Both the position numbers and the translations under genes were made by a program. A stretch of DNA of 63,878 bases, counting the filler, from Reclinomonas americana ATCC 50394 (Eukaryota): NCBI GenBank assembly GCA_048213135.1. It is 7 parts of 3 records of this genome, joined end to end, with 100 filler letters (N's around TTAATTAATTAA, not from the genome) between each part and the next. Parts side by side here need not be neighbours in the genome. Positions count along the whole stretch, not along the records: positions 21,583 to 26,027 come from PS015447.1; positions 26,128 to 31,604 come from PS015447.1; positions 31,705 to 36,959 come from PS015448.1; positions 37,060 to 61,247 come from PS015448.1; 3 more parts are not named here. The stretch is one strand, 5' to 3'. Below are positions 24,564-37,095 of this stretch, one piece after another; position 1 is the first letter of the stretch, and every line of letters starts with the position of its first letter. A model generated the notes under the pieces. That model had not been told where the DNA came from, made no database searches, and worked only from the letters and a program-made list of their open reading frames with translations.

Positions 24564-27254
24564 TCATTGTTTCGGGCGATACGAAAAGCGATCGAGCACT
24601 CCTGGAGTGCTGCCCTCTCCACCATTCTCTGCGGCCTTCTCCCTCGCCTCCTTCTCCCGCTCCAGTCGCTCGCGAATGAGTATCTGTGTGGTGGTGGGTG
24701 ATATCAGTCGGAAAAATGACAACATGCCGTTCTGCGACAGCGAGCCAAACCTTGCGCTTGTCAATCACGTTGCGGTTCTTCTCCAGGAAGCGCTTCATCT
24801 TGCGCTTCGTCTTCTTCGACTTGTGCTTCTCAGTTGCTGCGTCGTCCTCACCAGACTTTGGAGCATCGCGCTGCGTACGACGACAGGATTGAGGAAAAAG
24901 GAGTGGCGAAAACGCATTGCAGCGAGCGACGAGGCGTGGCATACCGTGCTCAGCTCGGCGCGCCTGGCAAGCACCACCGAATCGTGACCCACATCGACGC
25001 GGCCAATCATCTCCGGATCCAGTTGAATGTGTGTTGGTTGAATCTGCAGCAGCAAGCACGGTCAGCGGTACACGAGAGGTGTCGCAGTTGCCGCCATGCA
25101 ACAGACCTTGTCGAGCAGCTGCACCACTTCGGCCTCGCGACGCTGTCGCTTGGTCTGGAACGGATTCACTTCGACGGAATCGTAGTTGGCCTCGCCGGCA
25201 CCCGGCACCAAAATCGACGAGAAACCGCTGTCGTGACTGAGACCCAACACATCCTCAAATGGTCTAAAGTGTGCGTCACGAACGGCACATCGCGCAGGTG
25301 TCGTGTGCGTCATGTATGGCGCAGAGTGCTTGGACGAAATGTTGGGCCATATCTGTCGACAGGTGAGGACATTGACGAGCAGCATGCACAGATATATATA
25401 CACACACCTCCACACGTTGTCCGAAGCTGACACTGAGCAAGCCGCTCTGCGAAATCGACAGTGTCTCCACGGGTGCAGGAGCCGAGTACGCGTACAGTTC
25501 CTTGTAGGTACGCACGTCCCACACCTTGACCAGCTTGTCGTTGCCGGCAGTCACCAGATACCTGCATCGTTTGTGTGGCCAGTGAGCACTCGTACAAAGG
25601 CGTACGCATGGAAATATTTAATTGCAGTCGCCAGCACGCACCTGCCAGTGTTGTCCACGGCCACAGCGTTAATGTTTCCACGGTGTGTCAACATGGTCAC
25701 CAGGGCCTCGTTCATCTGCGGGCTCCACATGGTCACGCGTCCGTTGTGGTGACCCAGCAGCGTAACCTGTGGCACGCAATGCAGTCAGTAAACACCTCAT
25801 ACCTTCGCCGCTCACCGCATTCCACCCACCCACACACACACACAAACGCAACTCCATTGTACGGATTGTGACACATGGCGTGGCAGGCTCCCATGCGCGT
25901 ACGGTGCTCGGCCACAAACTGACTCGTGCTGACATCGTGCCACTTGACGTAGCCGGCATTGCCGACCGACACCAGCAGCCAATGATACGGCAAGTAGTCC
26001 AACACGTTCACGTCGGTCAGCTGGCGCNNNNNNNNNNNNNNNNNNNNNNNNNNNNNNNNNNNNNNNNNNNNTTAATTAATTAANNNNNNNNNNNNNNNNN
26101 NNNNNNNNNNNNNNNNNNNNNNNNNNNAAGCAGTGGATCTCGGTGCCGTCCTGATCATAAATGTACACGTACTTTTTCTGGCTGACAGCAAACAGCGTCT
26201 CGTTGTGCAGCCAGCTGCGTGATTCCACACACAATGTCAGGCGATAACAGTACGCACTGCATCATCAAAACGCCTCACAAACGCAACGCAATGTCGCGCA
26301 CGAGTTCCCGAACATGGAACTCCAGTTTCGGCTTGTACGTGTGCAGATCGATGAGCGACAGATGACCCTTGCTGCCTCCCAGCGCCAGCCACCTACATCC
26401 ACACGCACGTACGCTTGAGAATCACAACCCCTCCTCCGCACGGCATTGCTTCTCGCTCATCACCTTCCATTGCTGGTAAAGTCAAACTTGTACGGTCCAA
26501 AGTCCAACATCAAGTCAAACACCTTGCGCTGCGACTGCAGATCGACGGCCTCGACAATGGCACGCTGCTTAAATCGCTGCGTCTTCTCCATGCCCTCGGC
26601 CTCCAAGAAACTGTCACAACACTCTCGTGTTGAGACGAGAGAGGAACAACCCAACGACGCAAGCACGCGCGCGCGACAACACTGACCCTGAGTCGTCGGG
26701 CATGAGGATCTCGGCACGTGCAGCCCGCTGTGCCGCACGCTCCGCTTGCGTCTTCACTCGCTCCTGCATCTTTGACTTGCCACGCTCAAACAGCGACTTG
26801 CCCTTCTTCTTGTCGTGTTGCCAGGCGCCCATCTTCTGCAACGCCTGTGCCACCACTGGCGTGTGTTGCGGCGTGGTCACCACCACGGCATCGTCGGGAA
26901 TGGTTGTCTGTGGTGGTGGTGGTGGTCAGGAGATGTGAATGTGCACATGGCGCATAAAAACACGAGCAGACGCACCGTGGTTCGCGTGTACTCTGGCACT
27001 TTCTCCTTCCACAGCGCCTCGATGCGCGCCTTCTCCTCGTCGTCTTCAGCATCTCGCATCTCGTGGCGTTGTCGTTTCCGACGACCTGACAGACTCACTG
27101 GTGGCTCAGCATCATCCTCAGCCTCCGCCTCTGCGTCCTCGTGCTTCTTGCTGCTCTTCTTCGTCTTCGACTTTCGGCTCCCCTTGTCAGCACCATCAAC
27201 CTCCATGGCCACTTGCCGCTTGGCACGCAGAATGAGGGCCGCCGCTGCGCTCAT
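24564..27254 (-). CDS. WDR46: WD-repeat protein WDR46/UTP7 (BING4), SSU processome; spans the linker at 26028-26127
   Basis: [48 protein letters not shown] and the BING4CT segment [37 protein letters not shown]. Confidence 0.92.
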
Positions 27255-27457
27255 GTCGGTTCGTTCTTGATTGCAGGAAAGGATGCAGGACACATGAGGG
27301 ACGGCTTCACTGTGCCGGCGACGTGCCGGCCTTCACGACCATCTCTTTGCGCTGCTGCATGTACGCACTGGGTACATCGCCTGAGCCGAACAGACCGGCT
27401 CGGTGGGCACTGCTCATCGCAGAAGCGTCGACGTCGACAGACAACAACAACAACAAA

Positions 27458-28247
27458 TCAAGTCGACTCGACGTCGTCGTTCTCCCCCGCTGCTGCTGCT
27501 GGTGCTGCTGCTGGTGGCGCCACGCGGATACGCACTGCGAAATACTCGGGCGAGTGGGCGGAGGCGCTGGCCGGTCGTTCGTACGACACGGAGGGTGCGG
27601 CGCCCGAGTGGTAGGCACCAGGGTGGCGATTGTTGCTGCCGACACGCCTGCCGACAGTGGTGGCCTTCATCTTCTTCCCGACACTGATCTGCAAGTGCGC
27701 CAACTGCAGAGGCGGTGCCGTGGGCGACGTCGGCTCCACCCGTCGCGCCACACACTCCACATCGCGATCGGGGTGCGCCAATCGCGTGATACGCAGCAGC
27801 CACTCGTCGCTGTTGGCGCGCGAGCTGGACGGCTGCGGATGCTGGCCGCCCACAGCCGCCGCCGACATTACCCGGAACGCCGAGTGCGCACAGAACGGCG
27901 CACCGCCCACCACCATGCGATAGGCGCACATGGAGGGCTCCTCGACCGACAACAACTGCAACTGCTCCACGCCCTTGATGCACACAAACTCGACAGTGGA
28001 CTCACGCGCGCGACCATTGTCGCACGGCTGCCCGTGCGTGTACACTCGTGTGGTGCCCGCCGGCGACTTGCCCTGGGTGGCGCCATCGAACGTGCCCAGT
28101 CGATACACATCGCCTCCGTTGCGCTGCGTGATCTCACCCGTCATGCACACCTCGTACGTCCACCACCCAAACGTGGCCGTCGCACACAGTCGCGCCGGCA
28201 ACGACGACAGCAACTGCTGCGGTGTGCCCTTGTCTTCCGCCTTTTCT

Positions 28248-28279
<32 letters not shown>

Positions 28280-28665
28280 TTCAGGCTGTTCACCGCGTGC
28301 AGCGCCGACTGCTGTGCTGAACATGAACGCACACACAATGTCGACATCATCCTCCTCGCCTTCCTCACTCCACTGACACATGTCACCAAATGGTGAGCGA
28401 TGCAACAAACACAAACACACACACACTTCTCGCGCACCTCAAGTGCCGCATGCACAGTGTGCACACCACCACCACCACTGGTGCCATCCTGCTTGTCACC
28501 ACTGTTGCTGTTGTTGTCGTCTGTGATTTCAAAGTTGGCCAGTGCGCGCGAACCCTGCTTGCCTGCGCTCTGCTTGACAGGCATGAAGCGCGCGTGCACA
28601 GCAGCGACACCACCAATGACCAGCACAGTCACCAGCAGAACAACAAGGCAACTGCGTAGTCTCAT
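27458..28665 (-). CDS. OS-9/erlectin-like ER lectin (MRH/PRKCSH domain) with signal peptide
   Basis: Signal MRLRSCLVVLLVTVLVIGGVAA; GWWTYEVC...YTHGQPCDNGRARESTVEFVC...VEEPSMCAYRMVV...FC. Confidence 0.82.
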
Positions 28666-28716
28666 CGCAACGAAGCACACAGCGCAAACCAACGAACGGA
28701 ACAACATAACATAACA

Positions 28717-31604
28717 ATGGAAGACGAGCGCATAAGTCGCGCCCTCCGTTGCGTCTCTCTCTCTCTCCCTCTCCCTCTTTCTGTGCGGACGCACTGCTCA
28801 TTCTCTGTGTGCAGACGATGGCGATGAGGAGGCACTGATCAGTGCACTCCGCGAGTCGACTGTCGATCACCTCAAGATCCTGTCGCGTTGAGTGCACCAC
28901 ACACGCACACACTCTCTCTCCCTCTCGCTCACTCACTCACGCATCCCGCTTGTACAGCACGACTGGGATCATTGGCGCGTCTGGGCCGCGCGCTGTCTGC
29001 GCTCGGCATGCGACCGCTCTCGTCGCTGACTCTGGTCGGCTGCTCATCGGCCACCGACGACGAGGAGGAGGAAGAAGAGGAGGAGGAGGTCGCATTGCGC
29101 TCGCTGGCATCGTCGTTGCCGCCAGTGCTGACACTGCTGCTGTGCAATGTTCCGCATCTGCTGCGGTCGGTGACCTCGCAGTGGGGCCTCATGCACACGC
29201 TGCGTGTGGTCGACGAGGAGGTCGACGAGGAGACTCTGCTGTTGCTGTGCGACTCGCCGTTCTTTGCGCGCCAGCTGCAGGCGCTGACGCTCTCCAATGT
29301 GTCGCTGGACGACGATGTGTTGTCGAGCATGAGCCTGGCGTTGCCGCGGGCGTCGTCGCTGACGGTGTTGGACTTGAGCTGCAATCAGATTGGCGACAGT
29401 GGGGTGTGTGCGCTGGCGGCGGTGCTGTCGCGCTGCGCGCAGCTGCGTGAGCTCGATCTGTCGCACAACTACGTGACGCACTTGTCGGTGGGCACGCTGG
29501 CCGCGGCGGTCGGCTCCTGCCCGTCGCTCACGTCCTTGTCGCTGGCGCACAATGCGTTGCTGACGAGTGCTGGTGTGCGCGCATTTGTCGACGCTCTGCT
29601 GCCTGCGCATCCGCATCACCTTCGATCGATCACTCTGTCGCACTGCGGCGCCGATGGCACTACCAGCGCGCACGCCGCCGAGCAGCTGCGTCGGGGGGTG
29701 CCTTCGCTCCTTTACGTGGATGTGGCGGCGGAGTGCCGCGATCCGTTGCAGGCACCGACTCTGCCGCCCACCAGCGACCCGTATGCGCTGCGCAAGGCGA
29801 TTGTGCCGGTGGCCGGTCTCGGCACCCGCATGTTCCCGCTGACTGCCGCCGTGCCCAAGTGTTTCTTCCCTGTGGTGGACCACCGTGGTCTCGTGCGACC
29901 TGTGCTCCACCAACTGCTGCATGAGCTGCTGGTGAGAAGACCACACCGTGCTCATGTTTTCCTTTTTGCAACCCTTGACCTTGCCACCACAGGCTCCAGA
30001 AACGGGTCTGCAGCTGGTGGCCATTGTGGTGAGCCCCGAGCAGCGACTGATGCTGGAGGAGTACTTTATGCTGGGCGGTCGAGACAGACATCCCGAGTCG
30101 TGTCGCCGATGGGACCTGTATCGCGCCAAGTCACCGGCGTTTGCTTCCATTGTCGATGAGGTCGAGTCGCTGGGTCAGAGGTGCGATATCACGAATGCTG
30201 ATTGTGTGGCAGTGGAGATGTTCTCATTCCGTGCGTGCAGGCTGGTGCTGGTCGAGCAAAATGTGCCAAACGGATTTGGCGACGCCGTGCTGCGTGCACG
30301 CGAGTTTGTCGGGGACGATCCGTACTTTTTGGTGGCACTGGGCGACCACTTGTACGCCAGCAGCCTGTCGAGCGGCGTCACGTGCACGCAGCAACTGACG
30401 GACGCGTTCCGCCTGCATCGTCAGTCCATTACCAGTGTGGCCGTGACACCGCTGGACCATGTGACCACGGTCGGCGTCATTCGCGGTCGACCACTGGACG
30501 GTCACGTTCTCGTTCTCGAGGACATGGTGGAGAAGCCGTCTGAGGCCGAGGCCAGGTGTGGCTTGCTTCACAGTCGCTTCGGCCACACACAGTCGCTGCT
30601 CACTTTTTTCATTCTCTCTGTCTCTCTCCTCCTGCAGGGCACACTGGCAGGCACCGGCTCCACTGGGCCTGCGGCGCGACTTGTTCCTGTGCAACTTTGG
30701 GTTGGACATTTTTCCGAACAGCTGCATGCGTCGACTGGAGAATGGTCTCGGACCGGCACTGCTCGCCGGCAAAGAGTTGCAGTTGCGTGTTGCGCAACGA
30801 GAATGCCTGCTGGCCGATGGCATGCTTGGCCTGTTGGTTCACGGAAGACGGTTGGACACCGGTCTACCGTTCGACTACTTGCGTTCGTTGAATACTCTGG
30901 CGCAGCTGGAGGGAGATGAGTTGCTGCCGGCCGCGCTGCATCTCCCGGCCGCAGCCGATGGTGGTGGCGATGCAAGTGCTGTCACCGAGGCTCTCCCGAG
31001 TGACCCGTGCACGCGAGTACCGCGTGTGGCCGTGGTGTACGACGAGGACAATGCCAGTCACTTGGCCTCGCGGTACCCGGAACTGAAGGCGCTGTTGCAT
31101 TCGTCAGGTGCTGCGAAGCTGCGGTGGAACGATGAAGTTGTTGTCGGCCGTGCTCCCGGCCGTCTCGACGTCATGGGCGGTACGTGCATCGACCATCATC
31201 CTGACTCGGTCCCCATTCGCTGACTGAGTGCGCGTTCCCTGCAGGCATTTCCGATTACAGTGGAGCCACCGTGTTCCAGCTGCCCACCAGCCAGGGCAAT
31301 GTGGCTGTCGGGCAGGCGCGCACCGACGGGCTGCTGGTCATGTCGACGACCTCCACAGTGGACAGCACCACACGTGACCACTCTGTGGACATGGCGAGCG
31401 TGATCGATGCCTGCAGTCAGTCGTACGCCCGCGCTCGTGAAGTGCTGGTGGCTGGCTCCGACGACATTTGGCCCGCATACGTGGCCGGCTTCCTGTGCGT
31501 CACTCGCTCACCGCCGCCTATCTCTCTGTTTGTGTTGCACTCACATTTGGATGCAGTGCGATTGCGGTTCTCGAGTTGGGCACTGTGCTGCCGCCCGGCG
31601 GCTT
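28717..31604 (+). CDS. LRR + UTP-glucose-1-phosphate uridylyltransferase-like (GalU) + GHMP sugar kinase fusion (3' truncated)
   Basis: RI-like LRRs (LTVLDLSCNQIGDSGVCALA); KAIVPVAGLGTRMFPLTAAVPK and EQNVPNGFGDAV...LGDHLY; RAPGRLDVMGGISDYSG and WPAYVAG; exons join in frame. Confidence 0.8.
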
Positions 31605-31766
31605 NNNNNNNNNNNNNNNNNNNNNNNNNNNNNNNNNNNNNNNNNNNNTTAATTAATTAANNNNNNNNNNNNNNNNNNNNNNNNNNNNNNNNNNNNNNNN
31701 NNNNGCGCGAGAAAGGCGGTGAGTGGTCAATTGTGGAGCACCGAGAAGGTGCACTCATATGCGCAC

Positions 31767-32830
31767 CTCCAAGTCGCGCACAAACATTTGCTTGGCGTGT
31801 TGCAGCTCACGCTGCTGATATTGCACGGCACGCTTGATTCGAGAAGGAGTCAGCATCGACGCGAGGAAAGGGAGAAGATTTGACTTGAGAATATACCTCC
31901 ATCAGTTCCAGTTTTTGCGAGACCTGCAACGTGCGCTCGGCGTTCATGTTCTCGTCCAGGTACACAGGGAGCGACTGCATCCAGCGGTAAAACTCTTCGC
32001 GCTGTGCGGGCGATAAGACAACTCGTCACAGCGTGTCGACAGAGGCAAGCGAACGCACCTCCTGGAACTGTTTTCTCCTGTCCTCCTCCAACACCTTGCA
32101 CCGATCCAGCTCCTTCCGCAACGCATCTCTCTCCATGCGCAGCAAGTCAAAGTCGATTTGTGTCTTGGCATCTCCATATCCAGCTGTGACGTGGAAGTGA
32201 GGGACACAAATGTGATGCCATCATCACGCAAAAATGTTACGCACCGAGGACGACCTTGTCGGCCAGCAGTTTGCGCAGCTTCCGGTTCTCCTCCTGCGCC
32301 TCGTAGAGGGAGCGACCCTGATCGGCAAGATTGGTGACCGCCATGGCATGCTCATGCACCGAGGCGTAGGCGTATCTCGAGCCGCCGTCCACGCCCTCGG
32401 TGATACGCTTCTGCAGCTCGGTATTCTCGTCCTCAAGCTCCTGACATCTGTTGCGCAGTCGCACAATCTCGGCCCGGTAGCGTGCCACCAGCGCCGCCGA
32501 ATCCATGTACTCGTTGATAATGGGCGTGGAGACCACTCTGCGCGACAGAGGAATTCAACACAGGCTTGTGCTGCTGCAAGCCACCTTGCCACCACCTTGC
32601 CACCACACTCACCGCTTGGCACGTTCGGCGAATTTGAGCGTGCTGCACGTCTCCTCCAGGGCCGAACCCGTCGGCGACACGGTGGCGATGAATGCAGTGC
32701 GCGTGTTGCCACCCAGCGAGTCGGCAAGCAGGCGCGTCAGTTTGGAGTCGCGATATGGCACATGCGTGCGTCCGCGCTCGGTGAGCGCACTTATGCAGTT
32801 GCCGAGCGCCGACAGCGACTGGTTGATTGA
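31767..32830 (-). CDS. Kinesin: end of motor domain, neck and coiled coil (partial; contig probably inverted)
   Basis: [18 protein letters not shown]...[31 protein letters not shown]...[14 protein letters not shown]. Confidence 0.92.
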
Positions 32831-33213
32831 NNNNNNNNNNNNNNNNNNNNNNNNNNNNNNNNNNNNNNNNNNNNNNNNNNNNNNNNNNNNNNNNNNNNNN
32901 NNNNNNNNNNNNNNNNNNNNNNNNNNNNNNNNNNNNNNNNNNNNNNNNNNNNNNNNNNNNNNNNNNNNNNNNNNNNNNNNNNNNNNNNNNNNNNNNNNNN
33001 NNNNNNNNNNNNNNNNNNNNNNNNNNNNNNNNNNNNNNNNNNNNNNNNNNNNNNNNNNNNNNNNNNNNNNNNNNNNNNNNNNNNNNNNNNNNNNNNNNNN
33101 NNNNNNNNNNNNNNNNNNNNNNNNNNNNNNNNNNNNNNNNNNNNNNNNNNNNNNNNNNNNNNNNNNNNNNNNNNNNNNNNNNNNNNNNNNNNNNNNNNNN
33201 NNNNNNNGCACAG

Positions 33214-35636
33214 TTCCTGCAGCAGGAACTCACCGAGAAGTGCGTGCAACTGAGCGAGGTGGAGGCGCGTGAGCGCACGCTGCGTGAGCAGGTGGAGGCC
33301 GGTGGCGGAAAGATTGTGGAAATACTTAGGCAGTCGGTGCGCGCCAGTGAGGGTGCGCTGCAGCAGCAACGTGAGTACACAGCCATGCGGCCGCCGGTGT
33401 TGGAGACGCCGGACGAGATGCCACCATTGGCATTCGCCAATGCCGAGGAGATTGCCGCGGTGGTGTCGCGGCATGAGGTCAAGTTTGCGGAGGAACAAGA
33501 AAAGTTCTTTGCTGCCTTTGTGCCGACACTCGAGCAGTGTGTTGCACGGTGTGTGACGCAGCTGCAGACCCCCAAGGAGGCGGTGGAGATGGTACGGAGC
33601 CGCGGTGTCGGGGNNNNNNNNNNNNNNNNNNNNNNNNNNNNNNNNNNNNNNNNNNNNNNNNNNNNNNNNNNNNNNNNNNNNNNNNNNNNNNNNNNNNNNN
33701 NNNNNNNNNNNNNNNNNNNNNNNNNNNNNNNNNNNNNNNNNNNNNNNNNNNNNNNNNNNNNNNNNNNNNNNNNNNNNNNNNNNNNNNNNNNNNNNNNNNN
33801 NNNNNNNNNNNNNNNNNNNNNNNNNNNNNNNNNNNNNNNNNNNNNNNNNNNNNNNNNNNNNNNNNNNNNNNNNNNNNNNNNNNNNNNNNNNNNNNNNNNN
33901 NNNNNNNNNNNNNNNNNNNNNNNNNNNNNNNNNNNNNNNNNNNNNNNNNNNNNNNNNNNNNNNNNNNNNNNNNNNNNNNNNNNNNNNNNNNNNNNNNNNN
34001 NNNNNNNNNNNNNNNNNNNNNNNNNNNNNNNNNNNNNNNNNNNNNNNNNNNNNNNNNNNNNNNNNNNNNNNNNNNNNNNNNNNNNNNNNNNNNNNNNNNN
34101 NNNNNNNNNNNNNNNNNNNNNNNNNNNNNNNNNNNNNNNNNNNNNNNNNNNNNNNNNNNNNNNNNNNNNNNNNNNNNNNNNNNNNNNNNNNNNNNNNNNN
34201 NNNNNNNNNNNNNNNNNNNNNNNNNNNNNNNNNNNNNNNNNNNNNNNNNNNNNNNNNNNNNNNNNNNNNNNNNNNNNNNNNNNNNNNNNNNNNNNNNNNN
34301 NNNNNNNNNNNNNNNNNNNNNNNNNNNNNNNNNNNNNNNNNNNNNNNNNNNNNNNNNNNNNNNNNNNNNNNNNNNNNNNNNAAACGCTTGACATGGCGAC
34401 TCACCTTCTTCTCCTCAGGTTCGCGGCTGCACCGTCATGTACGCAGAGGCTCTGTCGACCAAGTTGCAGTCGCACCGGCAGCACACGGCATCGCTGGTGC
34501 TTCAAGCGTGCACGAATTCTGTGGATCGAGCACAAGTGCTGGCGGTGAAGCACATGCTGCGCGCCGCGTGTCGCGAGACGGAGCATGCCGCACGAAACCC
34601 GTACACCAACTGGATCAACGAGACGCAGACGCTGCTGGAGCAGACCACGGTGATTCACACGTCTCTGCGGCAGCTGCAGACCATTGTGGACGACTTGCGC
34701 ACCGAAGTGGTCGAGTGTCAAGCGGCACACGGCGAGTTTGTGAAGGAGCTGCACAGACCACTCCACAGCACCGCCGACAGCGCCGAGGAGGCGGCGGAGG
34801 CGGAACGGCAGGTGCTGTTGAGAGTGATGGGCCTCGGCGACGGCAACGGTGTTACCGCTGGTGGTGGTGGTGGCGATGATGGCAGTAGTTTGCGGAACGG
34901 AGCAGGTGGAGACGAGTCGTTGCCGCGTGCACGGGCCACAATATGTAAGTGTTTCTGCAACGCTGGCCTCTGCAACACGCAACTCATCGCCACTTCCCCC
35001 TTCCCCCCTTCCCCCGTAGCGTACTCGCTGCACCTGGATCGCTTGTCGCAGCTGCTGCAGGCGATTGTGGATCGCGTACGGCTTTTCGATGAGCGGCTGC
35101 AGCCGCGAATTCCGCCCATGCACTTTGAGGTCGACGAGGACGACATGATGTTCTTGTACGAGCCCTTCCAAGGTCCCACATCGCCCCTCTCGCCCATGTC
35201 ACCGTCGTCGGTCGACTCGCTGCCGCCACCACCTCCGCCACCTCCACGACCGCTAGGGGACTCGCCACCGTATGTGCGTGAGCCGATCTCGGTCGGTCCA
35301 CCAACCGACGACGAGGACAGCACGGCACTGGAGACGGATCCTCCGCAGTCGCCACTGGTGCGGGATGCTGAGCGCACGCAGTCGCCGCTGCGACGAGATC
35401 AAGTGCGCCCGGTCACCGACGCGGCGCAGTTGCGGCACCTGGCGCTCGCAGCCAAGCGCAGTGGAATCACGCCGGCGGCCTCGTTATCGTCGCTGGCGCG
35501 ATTCGGCGCCATGGCAGTTTTCAACGCCGGTTTCGCACCTGCCACCAAGCGCACCGACGCGGCCCCGGTGCGCCCACTGGCACCGAGTGATCTGGACGCG
35601 GGTGACGAGCCCGATGTAGTGGATTCGGAAACATGA
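33214..35636 (+). CDS. Coiled-coil/Pro-rich C-terminal region, probably the tail of the adjacent kinesin
   Basis: FLQQELTEKCVQLSEVEARERTLREQ... plus the 34437-35636 ORF with heptads and a Pro-rich tail; no 5' end of its own. Confidence 0.6.
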
Positions 35637-35894
35637 ACCCGTAGCATAATCGATGATGGTATATAATAATACTCAAGCAAACAAGCAAACAAATGTGTAT
35701 CTAATTACAAACGACGGGATACCAAGCGAGCTCACGGTCACTATCAACGCCGGCGAGCACGCACACACACACACACACGCACGCACTCCTATCAACCATT
35801 TTCGCACAGGCACACACACACACACACAACAGACAAAACGTTTCGTTTCGCCTTCTCTGGCGCCACCACTCTTCCTCTCTTATAAATGCCGACG

Positions 35895-36906
35895 CTACGG
35901 CGCCTTACCGGCCGGTGTCTCGGCCGTATGCGACCAAATCATCTTACTCGGCACGGTACTGGAGCCGTACACGGTTGCACACCGCTTCTCGAACGCATTC
36001 CGCAGCGTAAGCACCACCTCCCGGAAGAAGAGATTGGCGACGTGCTGGTGCAACGAGGCCGCGAAGCGAAAGTCCACCGAGAACACCAGCCACGAGGTGC
36101 CGTCGATGGGACCCGGCCGGATCTCCCAGTCGTTCTTCAGGTGGTGGAAGAGGCGGCCCTCACGAACCTCCACTTGCACACTGCTCGGGCGGTACAAGTA
36201 CACGGTACTCACGTAGCGCTCGGTGAAGAACGGCCGGAAGCCAACCACCAGCTCCGCATCCATGATCTGCAACCCGTGTGTCAACAGGCTGCCATGATTC
36301 ACCGGAGTGACGGGTGTTGACGGCCGGCCACCTCCGGCCCGAGGCACGGAGGCGGTGGCCTGACTGCGCGAAGGAATGCTACTCGAGGTCGTCGGAGGAG
36401 CGCGGATGCCCAGGATCCGCGAGTCCACACACCACGGAACAAAGTATTTGTAGTCGTCCACATTCGCCACCACGTTGTAGATTTGCTGTGGCGTGTACCT
36501 AACAAGCAAACGAAGACGCCATACATATTATATGAGACGAGCAAGGCGACAGGAATCGTCGCATGTGAGCACAGTAGAACACACCCAATGACGAATCCCT
36601 CTGAGTGTACTCGGCCCGGGAGCTCAGCGCCCGACGACGACGACGGTGATGACGATGATGATGATGATGATGTGGTCGGAGTGGTGGTTGAGGCACCTCC
36701 AAATGACGGCAAAAAGTTGAAGAAGGATCTCTGTGCGCGCGTGTGTGTGTGTGAGCTCAAGCCTCGTCCGAGAGAGAGAGAGAGAGGCGCAAGGTGCGCT
36801 CTCTGTGTATATGCGCAACTTGTTGTTGTTGTGAGCAGAGCGCAATGGACAAGGCGCTGCGCGACGACAGCAGTGACCGCCGGCAGAGTACTGATGGTAG
36901 TAGCAT
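35895..36906 (-). CDS. COQ10: Coenzyme Q-binding protein COQ10 (START/polyketide cyclase fold), mitochondrial
   Basis: YTPQQIYNVVANVDDYKYFVPWCVDSRI...AELVVGF...ERYVSTV...LFHHLKNDW...VDFRF...AFEKRC; Arg/Ser-rich presequence-like N-terminus. Confidence 0.88.
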
Positions 36907-37095
36907 GGACACACACACAGAGAGAACGCAAAAGGCGCGCTCACAGCACAAGCTTGGAANNNNNNNNNNNNNNNNNNNNNNNNNNNNNNNNNNNNNNNNN
37001 NNNTTAATTAATTAANNNNNNNNNNNNNNNNNNNNNNNNNNNNNNNNNNNNNNNNNNNNGCGGAGACGGAGAGGAGCACTCATTGTGCACTCACC

